From positions 3,963-67,962 of the forward strand of contig JBHIAT010000001.1 in NCBI GenBank assembly GCA_046758705.1: a stretch of DNA of 64,000 nucleotides. Reading direction: 5' to 3'. Shown in pieces: positions 55,148 to 64,000 of this stretch. The first letter of the stretch is position 1. Each line of letters opens with the position of its first letter. The notes beneath the pieces are model-generated. The model did not search any database. It saw nothing but the letters and a program-made list of their open reading frames with translations, and was not told the origin of the DNA. The DNA is from Candidatus Bipolaricaulia bacterium. Its GTDB lineage: Bacteria > Bipolaricaulota > Bipolaricaulia > JBHIAT01. The position numbers were made by a program, and so were the translations under genes.

Positions 55148-57262
55148 CTAACCCTGAATGAGGGCACGGTAATCTATTTTCCCCTTGGGGTCTAAGACAG
55201 GCGGCGTGGGGCCTTCCAACAGGTCCAGGTGCTTAAGCATGGTGCCACAATTGAACAGCACCACGCGCTCATAAGGCTGGATCTGATCCGACCGAACCAA
55301 CTGATTCACGGCGGCCACCGTAGCCGCTCCCTCCGGGGAAGCCAACAGCCCTTCGGTTTGGCTGAGCCACGTCATCGCCTCCAAAATCGCCTCATCCGTG
55401 ACCGCCACTACCGTACCGTCACTGTCACGCACCGCCTTGAGAATCAACCGATCTGCCAGCGGATAGGGCACGCGCAGCCCCCCTGCAATGGTGGAAGCAC
55501 CTTCCCAGAACTCGGCTTCGTCGGCACCGGACTCAAACGCCCTGACCACGGGCGCACATCCAGCCGCTTGCACGCTGACCATGCGCGGACGCTTTGCGTC
55601 GATCCAACCCAGCGCCTCCAGCTCAGCGAAAGCCTTCCACATCCCCACCAGTCCCGTACCCCCACCGGTGGGGTAGACGATCACATCGGGCAAGGTCCAA
55701 CCCAGTTGCTCTGCCAGTTCTAAGCCCATCGTCTTCTTGCCCTCAACACGGTAGGGCTCGCGGAAGGTGGATAGATCGAACCAACCGCACGTGTCGCTGC
55801 CCTCGCGCACGATCCTCCCAGCGTCGCTGATGAGGCCGTCCACCAGATACAAGTGCGCTCCCGCGGCCTGACACACGCGCTGGTTAGCCAGCAGTGCGTC
55901 TTTGGGCATGAACACATAGCACTCCAGCCCGGCGCGTGCCGCATAGACGCTTAACGCTTCGGCGGCGTTCCCCGCAGAGGGCATGGCCACGCACGTGACA
56001 CCGAGCTCGACGGCCCTCGACACCCCCATTGCCAACCCTCGTGCCTTGAACGTACCCGTAGGCAGACGCGTTTCATCTTTGCCCCACAGCTGCTCTAAAC
56101 CCAATTGTGCTCCTAACCTGCGGGCGTGGACGAGGGGCGTCATGGTCTCACCCAAGCTCACGATCTTCTGCTCGTCTTGAACCGGGAGCAACTCGCGGTA
56201 GCGCCACATGGTGGGCTCTCGCCCCAAAAGATCCTCATGATGCCACGTTTCCGACAGCGCCTTCAGGTCGTAGCGGGACAAGAGCGGCTTGCCACAGTCA
56301 TCACATACGGTGTTCAATCGGTTGGGATCAAATCTCTTGCCGCACTGACTGCACTCCAGGTGGGTCAAATAGCTGATCATCCGCTTCTGACCCTCATATC
56401 CCTTGTCTTTCAGCATTGCGGCGATAGCAGTGCCCATGATGTCACGCTGAACAATTTCAACCGGCACAACGATTAAGCTCTCAGCCGTTTCGCCATAGGG
56501 ACCCTCTGCAAGAATATCTCCTTCAGGCCCAATAGCCAGAGAGCAACCGATGCACTTGCGCCCTTTCCATACGCCGGCATTGATCCAACCGACGTTGCTG
56601 ACTCCTACCACAGTGATATCGTAGCGTTTCGCAAGGGTTGCATACGATTTTTTCCACATATCACCATAAGGATCCTTGTTATTATCATGATCAGCATCCA
56701 CCGCCCATGCTGAAGGTGAAGGCAAAATTTGCGCACCCATGCGCACTAACGAATGCCCCAAGGACAAAGAATCAGGAAAATTATCAGCACAAATATTGAT
56801 ACCGATCGTCCCAAGAGGGGTTTGGGCAACCGATAAGGAATCTCCGATTGAGTATATATCCTGGGCAATCGTCAGGATGTTGATTTTCCGATGTTTCAAC
56901 AGGATTTCGCCATCTGGAGAGATCAGTACAGCCGCATTATAAATTCGATCTCCAGCTCTCTCCGTAAGTCCTGCAACGACATAGATACGCGCTTCGTGTG
57001 CGGCGTGGCATAATTCATCACTATACTTGCCTGGAATAGGTTGTGCCAATTCGCGTGCTCCTGGATAGGTCCATCCTACATCGAGGCATTCCGGAAGAAC
57101 AACCATGTTACAATCCTGTTCAATCGCGTTCTTGATCATGTTTGTGGCTCGTTTCAGGTTTTGACTGACTGCTCCTCCTTCAACGAGCATTTGTCCCATG
57201 GCCAATTTGAAACCGATCTTTTTCATGCTAAAACTTTTCTCCTCCTTCTGTGCAACGATCAT
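55148..57262 (-). CDS. fusion protein: carbon-nitrogen hydrolase (nitrilase superfamily) + zinc-ribbon + threonine synthase-like PLP domain
   Basis: CN-hydrolase triad context (VVLPECL, LLKHRKINIL, GINICADN) in first ~290 aa; CSQCG...CDDCG ribbon; TGTFKARGLAMGVSRAVELGV PLP-lysine motif of threonine synthase family. Confidence 0.65.
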   Translation of the reverse strand: MIVAQKEEKSFSMKKIGFKLAMGQMLVEGGAVSQNLKRATNMIKNAIEQDCNMVVLPECLDVGWTYPGARELAQPIPGKYSDELCHAAHEARIYVVAGLTERAGDRIYNAAVLISPDGEILLKHRKINILTIAQDIYSIGDSLSVAQTPLGTIGINICADNFPDSLSLGHSLVRMGAQILPSPSAWAVDADHDNNKDPYGDMWKKSYATLAKRYDITVVGVSNVGWINAGVWKGRKCIGCSLAIGPEGDILAEGPYGETAESLIVVPVEIVQRDIMGTAIAAMLKDKGYEGQKRMISYLTHLECSQCGKRFDPNRLNTVCDDCGKPLLSRYDLKALSETWHHEDLLGREPTMWRYRELLPVQDEQKIVSLGETMTPLVHARRLGAQLGLEQLWGKDETRLPTGTFKARGLAMGVSRAVELGVTCVAMPSAGNAAEALSVYAARAGLECYVFMPKDALLANQRVCQAAGAHLYLVDGLISDAGRIVREGSDTCGWFDLSTFREPYRVEGKKTMGLELAEQLGWTLPDVIVYPTGGGTGLVGMWKAFAELEALGWIDAKRPRMVSVQAAGCAPVVRAFESGADEAEFWEGASTIAGGLRVPYPLADRLILKAVRDSDGTVVAVTDEAILEAMTWLSQTEGLLASPEGAATVAAVNQLVRSDQIQPYERVVLFNCGTMLKHLDLLEGPTPPVLDPKGKIDYRALIQG

Positions 57263-58431
57263 GAAATGTCGGATATATAGCCCGGCCAGCGGTACTCTCT
57301 GGCGATCGCTTGTAGGATTTCCTCAATCAGTGGAGATCCGTTGTCCGAGCTCGTCATCACGATGGCTCCCAGGCCGCAATCGATGAAAGTGACCAACTTG
57401 CAACAGAAGCCGGCATTGGCACCGCTGTGCTCGAAATACGAGGACTCTCCCTTGCTTTCCAAGAAGAGGCCGAGTCCGATGGAATCCTTGAACTGGAAGA
57501 CACCAAGTCCGATGGAATCCTCGAACTGAGGAGTCAGCATCTGGTTCACCATGTCCCCGGAAAGGACGTTGTTCGACTGACCCACCTTGGACCGCTGTAG
57601 TTCGATGGTAAACCGGGCAAGATCGGAGGGAGTGGTCCAGAGACCCGCTGCCGCCATTTCTGGATAAACATGCCACTGACCGTCGACCGGTTCGCCGTCC
57701 CATCGATGTCCGGTGGCGGCAGAGCCCGATCGAGATTCAGGAAGCGGTTGCTCGTAGGTGCTATGCTCCATTCCCAACGGATCCAGGACCAATTCTTGCA
57801 TGATTTCGGGAAACGGCTTCCCGGTGACGTCTATGAGAAGCTGCTGAATGACACAGTAACCGCCTCCAGAGTAGCGAAACTGAGCGCCAGGGATCGCGCT
57901 GACTTCAACGGCCGGCGAATTCGCGGGTTCCTTGCCGTCCAAAATCTGAAACAGGGTGGGTAGCTCGTGAGCCCGGGGGTACCCGGAGAATCCATGAACG
58001 GTCAAGCCGGCCGTATGGCTAAGCAGATGCCGAAGTGTCACCCTCGATTGCCAGGACGCGTTGCCTGGAACCTTCCAAGAGACAAGGAACTTGTTGACAT
58101 CTTCATCGAGGTCGAGCTTACCCTCCTCTACCAACCGCAATGCCGCCATGGCGACGACGGGCTTGCTGATCGACGCCGCCTGGAACAGGGTTTCTAAGGT
58201 GATGAGATCCGGCCTTCCAGCCTCCAGGACACCATAGCCACGGGCCCACTCGATCCGATAGTTATGGATGACTGCCATGCTGACGCCCGGAACCTTATAG
58301 CTGTAATCCATGCGGTCGGTGAGTTTCAAACTTTCAACAACCTGACCCCAGAGCCCGGTCGCTGGAGTCAAGCCGTTCTCAATCCGGCGGATTCTCTCTG
58401 CGATATCATCAGGGGGCTGGGGGTTGGTCAT
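57259..58431 (-). CDS. serine hydrolase, beta-lactamase/DD-peptidase family
   Basis: SISK motif (FQAASISKPVVAMAAL), YSG-type downstream elements. Confidence 0.75.
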   Translation of the reverse strand: MTNPQPPDDIAERIRRIENGLTPATGLWGQVVESLKLTDRMDYSYKVPGVSMAVIHNYRIEWARGYGVLEAGRPDLITLETLFQAASISKPVVAMAALRLVEEGKLDLDEDVNKFLVSWKVPGNASWQSRVTLRHLLSHTAGLTVHGFSGYPRAHELPTLFQILDGKEPANSPAVEVSAIPGAQFRYSGGGYCVIQQLLIDVTGKPFPEIMQELVLDPLGMEHSTYEQPLPESRSGSAATGHRWDGEPVDGQWHVYPEMAAAGLWTTPSDLARFTIELQRSKVGQSNNVLSGDMVNQMLTPQFEDSIGLGVFQFKDSIGLGLFLESKGESSYFEHSGANAGFCCKLVTFIDCGLGAIVMTSSDNGSPLIEEILQAIAREYRWPGYISDIS

Positions 58432-58485
58432 CGTAATCTCCGCCGTTGAAGCTTACCGGGGACGACATGCGGCCGATCACTCTGC

Positions 58486-58514
58486 TTGCCTCATCCCGCA
58501 TCATCTGATACAAT
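58486..58514 (+). promoter_or_regulatory. sigma70-like promoter TTGCCT-N17-TACAAT upstream of ddl pair
   Basis: ttgcct catcccgcatcatctga tacaat; ~75 bp upstream of ddl start. Confidence 0.45.
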
Positions 58515-58589
58515 GGTGCAATTGGACAATGTTTCCTACACTATATCTGTGTCTGTCAGCCGATTGCAATTGATTGGAGACAGGTGGGG

Positions 58590-59669
58590 ATGAGCAAACT
58601 GCGTGTCGGGGTCATCTTCGGTGGGATGTCGGCCGAACGCGAGATCTCCCTAGCGACCGGACGCTACGTCTACTCTTTGCTCGATCCACAGCGGTACGAC
58701 GGGATTGCGCTGTTTATGGCCCCCGACAGCCGGGTCTGGGAGGTTCCAGACAAGCTGGTGATCCAGAACACGACCGCCGACGTCGTCGCCCGCCTTCAGA
58801 CGGATGCGGAGCCCATTCCACTAGAAGAGTTGCCGAAACGAGTCGATCTCGTCTTCAACGCCCTGTTGGGCAAATACGGGGAGGATGGCGCGTTCCAGGG
58901 AGTCTTGGAACTGCTCGACCTGCCATACACCGGATCGGGGGTGCTCGCCTCGACGGTGGGCATGGACAAACGGATCCACAAAGCCCTGCTCCGCAGCGAA
59001 GGCATCCCGGTCGCCGAGGACGTCGTGATCGAGCGTTCGGCCTGGACAACCGACCCGGAACGCTGGCTAACACAGGTGAAAGAGGCACTCAGGTACCCAG
59101 TCGTGGTGAAGCCGACGCGTGAAGGCTCGAGCATCGGGGTTTCCACCGCCGGAGATCGGGAGACGCTGACACGAGCAATCGAGGGTGCGTTCAGCTGGGA
59201 CCGCGAGATCTTGGTCGAGGAATACCTGGAAGGGATCGAGTTCATGTGCGTCGTCCTCGGCAACGACGCACCGGAGGCGATGCTCCCCACCGAGGTCAGC
59301 TTCGCGGGGGAACTCCACACCTACGAAAGCAAATATATGCCGGGGCGGGCCCAGTACCACACCCCGGCCCGCGTCCCAGAACCGGTGCTCCACAAGATCC
59401 AGGAGATGGCCGTTCGGGTTTACCAGCTCATTGGCTGCAAGGGCTATGGGCGAGTCGACGGATTCGTCGTCGGCGAAACGATCTACATCAGCGAGCCGCA
59501 CACCGGTACGATCATGGTTCCCTCCTCTTACGTCTTCCATCAGGCGGCCCGCCATAAGGTCCCGACTAAAGGAGGAGACGGAAGCAAGGGCCTGTCTCCA
59601 CGAGATCTGATCACCCAGATCATCGAGCTGGCGGCCGAAGCTCATCGGGGGAAGAAAGGAGCGCTGTGA
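58590..59669 (+). CDS. ddl: D-alanine--D-alanine ligase
   Basis: RVGVIFGGMSAEREISLATG, ATP-grasp; Lys-Tyr (SKYMPG) at DdlB K215-Y216-equivalent; GGAGA SD before ATG 58590. Confidence 0.8.
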   Translation: MSKLRVGVIFGGMSAEREISLATGRYVYSLLDPQRYDGIALFMAPDSRVWEVPDKLVIQNTTADVVARLQTDAEPIPLEELPKRVDLVFNALLGKYGEDGAFQGVLELLDLPYTGSGVLASTVGMDKRIHKALLRSEGIPVAEDVVIERSAWTTDPERWLTQVKEALRYPVVVKPTREGSSIGVSTAGDRETLTRAIEGAFSWDREILVEEYLEGIEFMCVVLGNDAPEAMLPTEVSFAGELHTYESKYMPGRAQYHTPARVPEPVLHKIQEMAVRVYQLIGCKGYGRVDGFVVGETIYISEPHTGTIMVPSSYVFHQAARHKVPTKGGDGSKGLSPRDLITQIIELAAEAHRGKKGAL

Positions 59670-60721
59670 CCCAGAAGCGGCTTCGCATCGGGATTCTGTT
59701 CGGCGGCCCTTCTTCGGAGTGCGAGATCTCGCTCGAATCCGGACGCCATATCTACAACAACCTGGACGAACGGAGCTGCGAACGGGTTCCAATCTTCGTC
59801 GACTTGGAACGTCGGTTTTGGGAGATCGACGAAGTACTCCTATGGATGAACACCACCGCCGATATCACCGAGGCGCTCGTCGAAAGCGAGGCAGTTCGCA
59901 TCCCGTATGAGGCGCTGCCCGATCGCATCGACTTTGCGTTCTTGGGGCTCCACGGGAAGTATGGGGAGGATGGTTGCTTGCAGGGCCTGCTCGAAATTCT
60001 CAACGTTCCGTACAACGGTTCCGGGATCCTGGGGTCGGCGATCGGTATGGACAAGCACTTCCAACGGAAGTTGCTGGTAGGGGCCGGGCTTCGAGTGCCC
60101 CAGCATCTTGGGATCATGATCGACGCGTGGCAGAAGGACCGCGAGGCGCTCGAACGGCGGATCGCATCAGAGATCGGCTTCCCGTGCATCGTGAAACCGT
60201 CGCGCGAGGGGTGCAGCCTGGCACTCGCCAAGGTGGGGACCCAAGAGACACTGAACCAGGCGATGACGGCAGCGTTCGAGTGGGACAACCTGATCCTGAT
60301 CGAGGAGTTCATCGATGCGATGGAGGTTACCTGCACGGTGCTGGGCAACGACAGACCGGAGGCGTTGATCCCAACTGAGACCCCGAAGCACGGTGACTTT
60401 CTGACGGTCGAGGAAAAATTCCTCCCTGGCAACGCCCCGATGATCACCCCGCCCCGGGCCTCCGCGACGGAGATCGAACGGATGCGAGCGCTGTTCGTCC
60501 GGGCATACCAGGCACTCAACCTGTCGGTTTACGCCCGGATCGATGCGTTCTGGCGTGATGGAGAGTTGATCATCCTGGAACCGAACACCCTCCCCGGAGT
60601 GACTCCGTCGACGATGGTCTTCCATCAGGCTGCTGAGGCCGGGATAACCCCCAGGGAGTTCTTCGACCAGGTGATTGAGCTTTCGCTTGAGGCATACCAC
60701 GACAAGATCGGGCCATTATAG
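59666..60721 (+). CDS. D-alanine--D-alanine ligase paralog (Phe at Tyr216-equivalent; possible depsipeptide ligase)
   Basis: RIGILFGGPSSECEISLESG; EEKFLPG gives Lys-Phe where paralog 1 and DdlB have Lys-Tyr; GTG start overlapping ddl stop. Confidence 0.7.
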   Translation: MTQKRLRIGILFGGPSSECEISLESGRHIYNNLDERSCERVPIFVDLERRFWEIDEVLLWMNTTADITEALVESEAVRIPYEALPDRIDFAFLGLHGKYGEDGCLQGLLEILNVPYNGSGILGSAIGMDKHFQRKLLVGAGLRVPQHLGIMIDAWQKDREALERRIASEIGFPCIVKPSREGCSLALAKVGTQETLNQAMTAAFEWDNLILIEEFIDAMEVTCTVLGNDRPEALIPTETPKHGDFLTVEEKFLPGNAPMITPPRASATEIERMRALFVRAYQALNLSVYARIDAFWRDGELIILEPNTLPGVTPSTMVFHQAAEAGITPREFFDQVIELSLEAYHDKIGPL

Positions 60722-60749
60722 CTGAGAACAGAGACAGAGGGGGAGAGGG

Positions 60750-61487
60750 TTGGCACGAATCAGGGTAAGGGTCGTTGTGATAGCCCTTTTGATCCTATCG
60801 ACTACGACAGTTCCCGGATTCGGTCGGTCATATTTTAGCACGAGGCTGAGGCTGGGGAGTGATATCGGGGTGCTGGTGGCCCGGGATGAATACTTTGTCG
60901 TCCTGCGCGCCGCCGATCGCTATCTGAAGAGCTATCCCAACTCATTGGAGATCCAGTGGTTGAAACTGACCCTGCTCCTCGATCATGTTCACAGGATCGA
61001 GGAGGTCACTGAGCTGATCGAAGCGCTGGCCCCCGCCTATGACTTCGATCCTCGATTCGTGGGTGCGATCGTAACTTATGAGTCGAGCTTTCGCACCGCT
61101 GTAGAGGGACCGGTCTACGAGAAGGGCCTGCTTCAGATTAGCCTGATCGCCTCGCAGGAGATCTACGCCCGTTGGGGGGTCGACGTCCGCGGTTTGGTTG
61201 CCTACGATCCGGTGACGAACTTGGAGGCAGCCATGCTGTACCTCAGCTGGCTCTCAGACCTGCTCGACGGCGACTTGGCGAAGGTCGTGACGGCTTACAA
61301 CACCGGGGTAAGCAGTGTGCTAGCGGGGGAAGTCTCACCGGCAACTCAGGCTTATACAAGCCGAATCCTCAACGCTTATGCCCGTGCTCAACAGGGTTTG
61401 TTCTTTGAAATCTGGGATTTCTATCGTGAGATTGCCGTGACGACGTTGCGATTGTTGAACCTTGTCGGCATCGGTGGCCGGAGCTAA
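60750..61487 (+). CDS. lytic transglycosylase domain (SLT) protein, secreted
   Basis: signal peptide; TYESSFRTAV...GLLQISLIASQ SLT core. Confidence 0.65.
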   Translation: MARIRVRVVVIALLILSTTTVPGFGRSYFSTRLRLGSDIGVLVARDEYFVVLRAADRYLKSYPNSLEIQWLKLTLLLDHVHRIEEVTELIEALAPAYDFDPRFVGAIVTYESSFRTAVEGPVYEKGLLQISLIASQEIYARWGVDVRGLVAYDPVTNLEAAMLYLSWLSDLLDGDLAKVVTAYNTGVSSVLAGEVSPATQAYTSRILNAYARAQQGLFFEIWDFYREIAVTTLRLLNLVGIGGRS

Positions 61488-61502
61488 GGTGAGTGATAAG
61501 CG

Positions 61503-62993
61503 ATGGTCGCAGGCTTGAGATCCTTGTTGATCGGGAGCCTGGCGATCCTGTGCCTGTGCCTGTGGAAAACTCCCCTGCCCCTGAGCGCCGGAGAGCACGC
61601 TACAGATGAAGCGGTCTCCCAGCTCTACCAGAGGAGCCTGGAGCTGCTCGGCCACCGCCTCGACGATCCCTCTCCGGTGACCCGAGTCAGGGCAGTCCAG
61701 GCACTGGGACGGATCGACGATCCGTCTGTGGTGTCCCAGCTTGAACGTGCACTGCTCGATGAGCATGCCTCGGTGCAGCTGGCTGCCATCGAAGCGCTGG
61801 GGGGACTTGGGGCACGCACCGCTATCTCAACTCTGATAACGGCCCTTGACGACCGCGACTTCAGGGTCCGAGGGGCGGCGGCCGCGATCTTGGGTGAGCT
61901 CAGGGTGATCTCGGCCGCTCCCAAACTGCGGGAGATCGCCCGCGACGAGCGCGAGCGGGAGCTGGTCCGGTTGATCGCGACTGTCGCCTTGGCTAAGGTC
62001 GATCCGACCCTGGAGAATCTGCGATTCGAAATGTTCTTCAGCTCGGAGGACGGCTTCGTCCGGTGGAACGCGATCCGGGCGTTAAGAGAATTGACCGTCC
62101 GCCCGTCGGCGGCTCAGCTGATTCAGTTCATCACCGATGACGAGGAGCTACAAGCGATTCAGACCGAAGCGGCGCGCGCCCTCTATCGAATGATCGCCGA
62201 CGGGGACGTCCTCCTGGATGGGCAGGCCGTCTCCCAGCTCCATGACGTCCTGAGGACGGAGAGTCGGGGGCTCATGTTTTGGGTCGCCCGGATCTTAGAG
62301 ACAATCACACGCGGATCCGCCATCACCGAACTCGAGCACGCCCTGCTCACTGGAGAAGAGACCGTCCGAGCGAACGCTGCCTGGGCCCTCGGCATACTCC
62401 GCTCCCACCGGTCGAGATTTCATCTGGAGATCGCCGTCAGCGATGAGGACGAGGCCGTGCGCTTCGAGGCGGCCGTTACGTTGGCGGGGCTCGAGATCGA
62501 AACAGGCGTTTCGATCCTGAAAACCGCGCTCAACCATGAGAATGGCGCCTATCGGTTGCGGGCGACCGAGGCCCTGGGAGCGCTCATGGGCCGGCAGGCG
62601 ATGGTCCCCTATATCATCGGACTCCTCCAGGATGGAAGTCCGGTCGTACGACTCGGGGCCATCAGACTCCTTGAGCAGTCGGGGGATGAGATCGCTCTGC
62701 CTGAGATCGAAAAGTTGCTCGACGATCCATCGCTCTCGATCCGGTTGGGGGCGATCGAAGCCCTGGGCCGGATCGGGGGGGCGGCCGCCGTCTCCCACCT
62801 CGGAAGGATCTTGAACGGGGACGAACCGGTGAAGTTGAAGGAGAAGGCGGCCCAGATGTTGAGTCGGATCGACGGCTCTCAAACACTTGATTCGCTCAGC
62901 CGAGCGCTCGAACATCCCGATCCGTTCACCCAGATCATCGCCGCCGGGACACTCGGCCACCTGCTCAACGATCGAGTATCAAGCGAGGAGTGA
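61503..62993 (+). CDS. HEAT/PBS-lyase repeat protein
   Basis: signal-like N-terminus; ~12 repeats of VRxxAxxALGxIGdxxAvxxL. Confidence 0.65.
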   Translation: MVAGLRSLLIGSLAILCLCLWKTPLPLSAGEHATDEAVSQLYQRSLELLGHRLDDPSPVTRVRAVQALGRIDDPSVVSQLERALLDEHASVQLAAIEALGGLGARTAISTLITALDDRDFRVRGAAAAILGELRVISAAPKLREIARDERERELVRLIATVALAKVDPTLENLRFEMFFSSEDGFVRWNAIRALRELTVRPSAAQLIQFITDDEELQAIQTEAARALYRMIADGDVLLDGQAVSQLHDVLRTESRGLMFWVARILETITRGSAITELEHALLTGEETVRANAAWALGILRSHRSRFHLEIAVSDEDEAVRFEAAVTLAGLEIETGVSILKTALNHENGAYRLRATEALGALMGRQAMVPYIIGLLQDGSPVVRLGAIRLLEQSGDEIALPEIEKLLDDPSLSIRLGAIEALGRIGGAAAVSHLGRILNGDEPVKLKEKAAQMLSRIDGSQTLDSLSRALEHPDPFTQIIAAGTLGHLLNDRVSSEE

Positions 62994-63015
62994 CAACGAC
63001 AACAAAGTGACGACC

Positions 63016-63600
63016 ATGGGAGAACTCGAACGGAGGATCGAGAAGGAAGCCCAGGTCCTGCCCGGGGATATCATCAAGGTCGACGCGTTCTTGACCCATC
63101 AGATCGATACCGACTTGATGCGAGAGATCGGGGAGAGGTTTGCCCATCGGTTCCGAGAGCAGAGGCCGACCAAAATCCTGACGGCAGAAGCCTCAGGAAT
63201 AGCCCCGGCGGTCGCCTGCGGGATGGCGCTCAGCATTCCGGCGATATACGCCCGAAAACATCGACCGATCACGGTGAGCCAAGATGCCTATACACGGGTG
63301 GTCCCGTCACCAACCAAGGGAGGAGAGACCGAGCTGATTGTGGCTCGAGAGCACCTGACGCCCGGGGATGCCGTCTTGATCGTCGACGATTTCATGGCTT
63401 CGGGAGAGACAGCCCTGGCACTCGCTGAGATCGTCACCGAGGCCAAAGCCAGGCTGGTCGGGGTCGGAGTGGTGATCGAGAAGGCGTTCCTTGGGGCGCG
63501 GGAACGGCTTGAGGCACGAGGAATCCCGATGGAGAGCTTGGCGATCGTCGAAAGTATCGAGGCCGGAACGATCCGGTTGAAAAACGCCCGATGCTCATAA
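63016..63600 (+). CDS. xpt: xanthine phosphoribosyltransferase
   Basis: ILTAEASGIAPAVACG and LIVDDFMASGETA PRTase motifs; ORF-track upstream extension rejected. Confidence 0.8.
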   Translation: MGELERRIEKEAQVLPGDIIKVDAFLTHQIDTDLMREIGERFAHRFREQRPTKILTAEASGIAPAVACGMALSIPAIYARKHRPITVSQDAYTRVVPSPTKGGETELIVAREHLTPGDAVLIVDDFMASGETALALAEIVTEAKARLVGVGVVIEKAFLGARERLEARGIPMESLAIVESIEAGTIRLKNARCS

Positions 63601-63697
63601 GCCACCACAACGGTCGCCGACATCGTGACCTGCGACGATCGCTTTACCGCCCATCACACGATGATCGCTGGAGAGCCGATCTACACCGGAACCGGGT

Positions 63698-63726
63698 TTG
63701 ACAACGATTGGGCATCATGGTATAAA
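63698..63726 (+). promoter_or_regulatory. sigma70-like promoter TTGACA-N17-TATAAA
   Basis: ttgaca acgattgggcatcatgg tataaa, ~30 bp upstream of the acyl-CoA synthetase start. Confidence 0.5.
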
Positions 63727-63753
63727 AGGAAATAAAGAGGTCTCCACACAAAG

Positions 63754-64000
63754 ATGGCATACCCGACGTTAAATTGGTTGTTTGAGGAAGCGGTCAACCA
63801 CCACAGAGAACGACCGGCGATCATAGAACTCCAGTACGATGGCCTCGAACAGCAATCCGTTACCTATCAAGAGCTGGGTGACCTAGTCGACGGCCTGGTC
63901 TATGCGCTCGATGAGATGGAGATAGGTCGGGATACTAAGGTAGCCGTACTCGCCAAGCCGAGGGTCGAATGGGCAGTCTCGTTCTTCGCGACGCTCAAAC
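63754..64000 (+). CDS. AMP-dependent synthetase/ligase (acyl-CoA synthetase family), 3' end outside window
   Basis: N-terminal LNWLFEEAVNHHRERPAIIE...VTYQELGDLVDGLVYAL typical of adenylate-forming enzymes. Confidence 0.55.
   Translation, partial: MAYPTLNWLFEEAVNHHRERPAIIELQYDGLEQQSVTYQELGDLVDGLVYALDEMEIGRDTKVAVLAKPRVEWAVSFFATLK

Noticed and set aside
59752-60519. 255-aa minus-strand ORF
   Set aside because: Antisense to the second ddl paralog
57259-60721. Interpreting the ddl pair plus serine hydrolase as a van-type resistance cassette
   Set aside because: No VanH-like dehydrogenase, VanX dipeptidase or VanRS two-component genes are present; only the Phe substitution is notable
1-64000. 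tRNA/rRNA genes and CRISPR arrays
   Set aside because: Intergenic gaps are short and none showed cloverleaf-like or regularly spaced repeat structure on inspection

Overview
This is a GC-rich bacterial chromosome segment. Gene content (SARP regulator, TctABC, LLM-class flavin oxidoreductase) and composition suggest an actinobacterial or Chloroflexota-like host, but that assignment is only an inference.

The main feature is a ~27 kb, tightly packed minus-strand operon (about 6.1-33.0 kb) encoding an extracellular contractile injection system (eCIS, a phage-tail-like particle). Read in transcription order it encodes: tail sheath, tail tube, two unknown proteins, a DUF4255 cap/terminator, an AAA+ ATPase, a small unknown, a tube-initiator-like protein, a LysM gpX-like protein, a gpD-like hub, a gpV-like spike, a small His-rich protein in the PAAR position, a gp25/gpW wedge protein, two baseplate-J paralogs, a gpI-like protein, a 1221-aa beta-helix fibre-like protein, an HhH protein and a 943-aa DUF4157 effector. 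The effector's long C-terminal domain has no recognisable family and is markedly AT-rich. A SARP/BTAD regulator sits directly upstream on the same strand, and 11-bp-spaced heptamer direct repeats lie in the sheath promoter region.

Other features, left to right:
- 5'-truncated STAND NTPase-TPR regulator
- pyrimidine-nucleoside phosphorylase
- GH13 amylase
- an opine-like or dipeptide catabolic cluster (enolase-superfamily enzyme, opine dehydrogenase family, M24 peptidase, TctCBA transporter)
- SDR and LLM oxidoreductases, LplA-like ligase, DAGK-family kinase
- an IscB (OMEGA RNA-guided nuclease, RuvC-HNH) with its upstream omega-RNA region, inserted into a dipeptide-epimerase-like pseudogene
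- a lower-GC Dpp/Opp-type ABC importer and an AONS-family aminotransferase
- acylphosphatase and an alpha/beta hydrolase
- a MurF-like ligase with a transmembrane N-terminus
- a nitrilase-threonine synthase fusion
- a beta-lactamase-family serine hydrolase
- two tandem D-Ala-D-Ala ligase paralogs, one with Phe at the DdlB Tyr216-equivalent position
- an SLT transglycosylase, a HEAT-repeat protein, xpt, and a 3'-truncated acyl-CoA synthetase

No rRNA, tRNA or CRISPR array was recognised.
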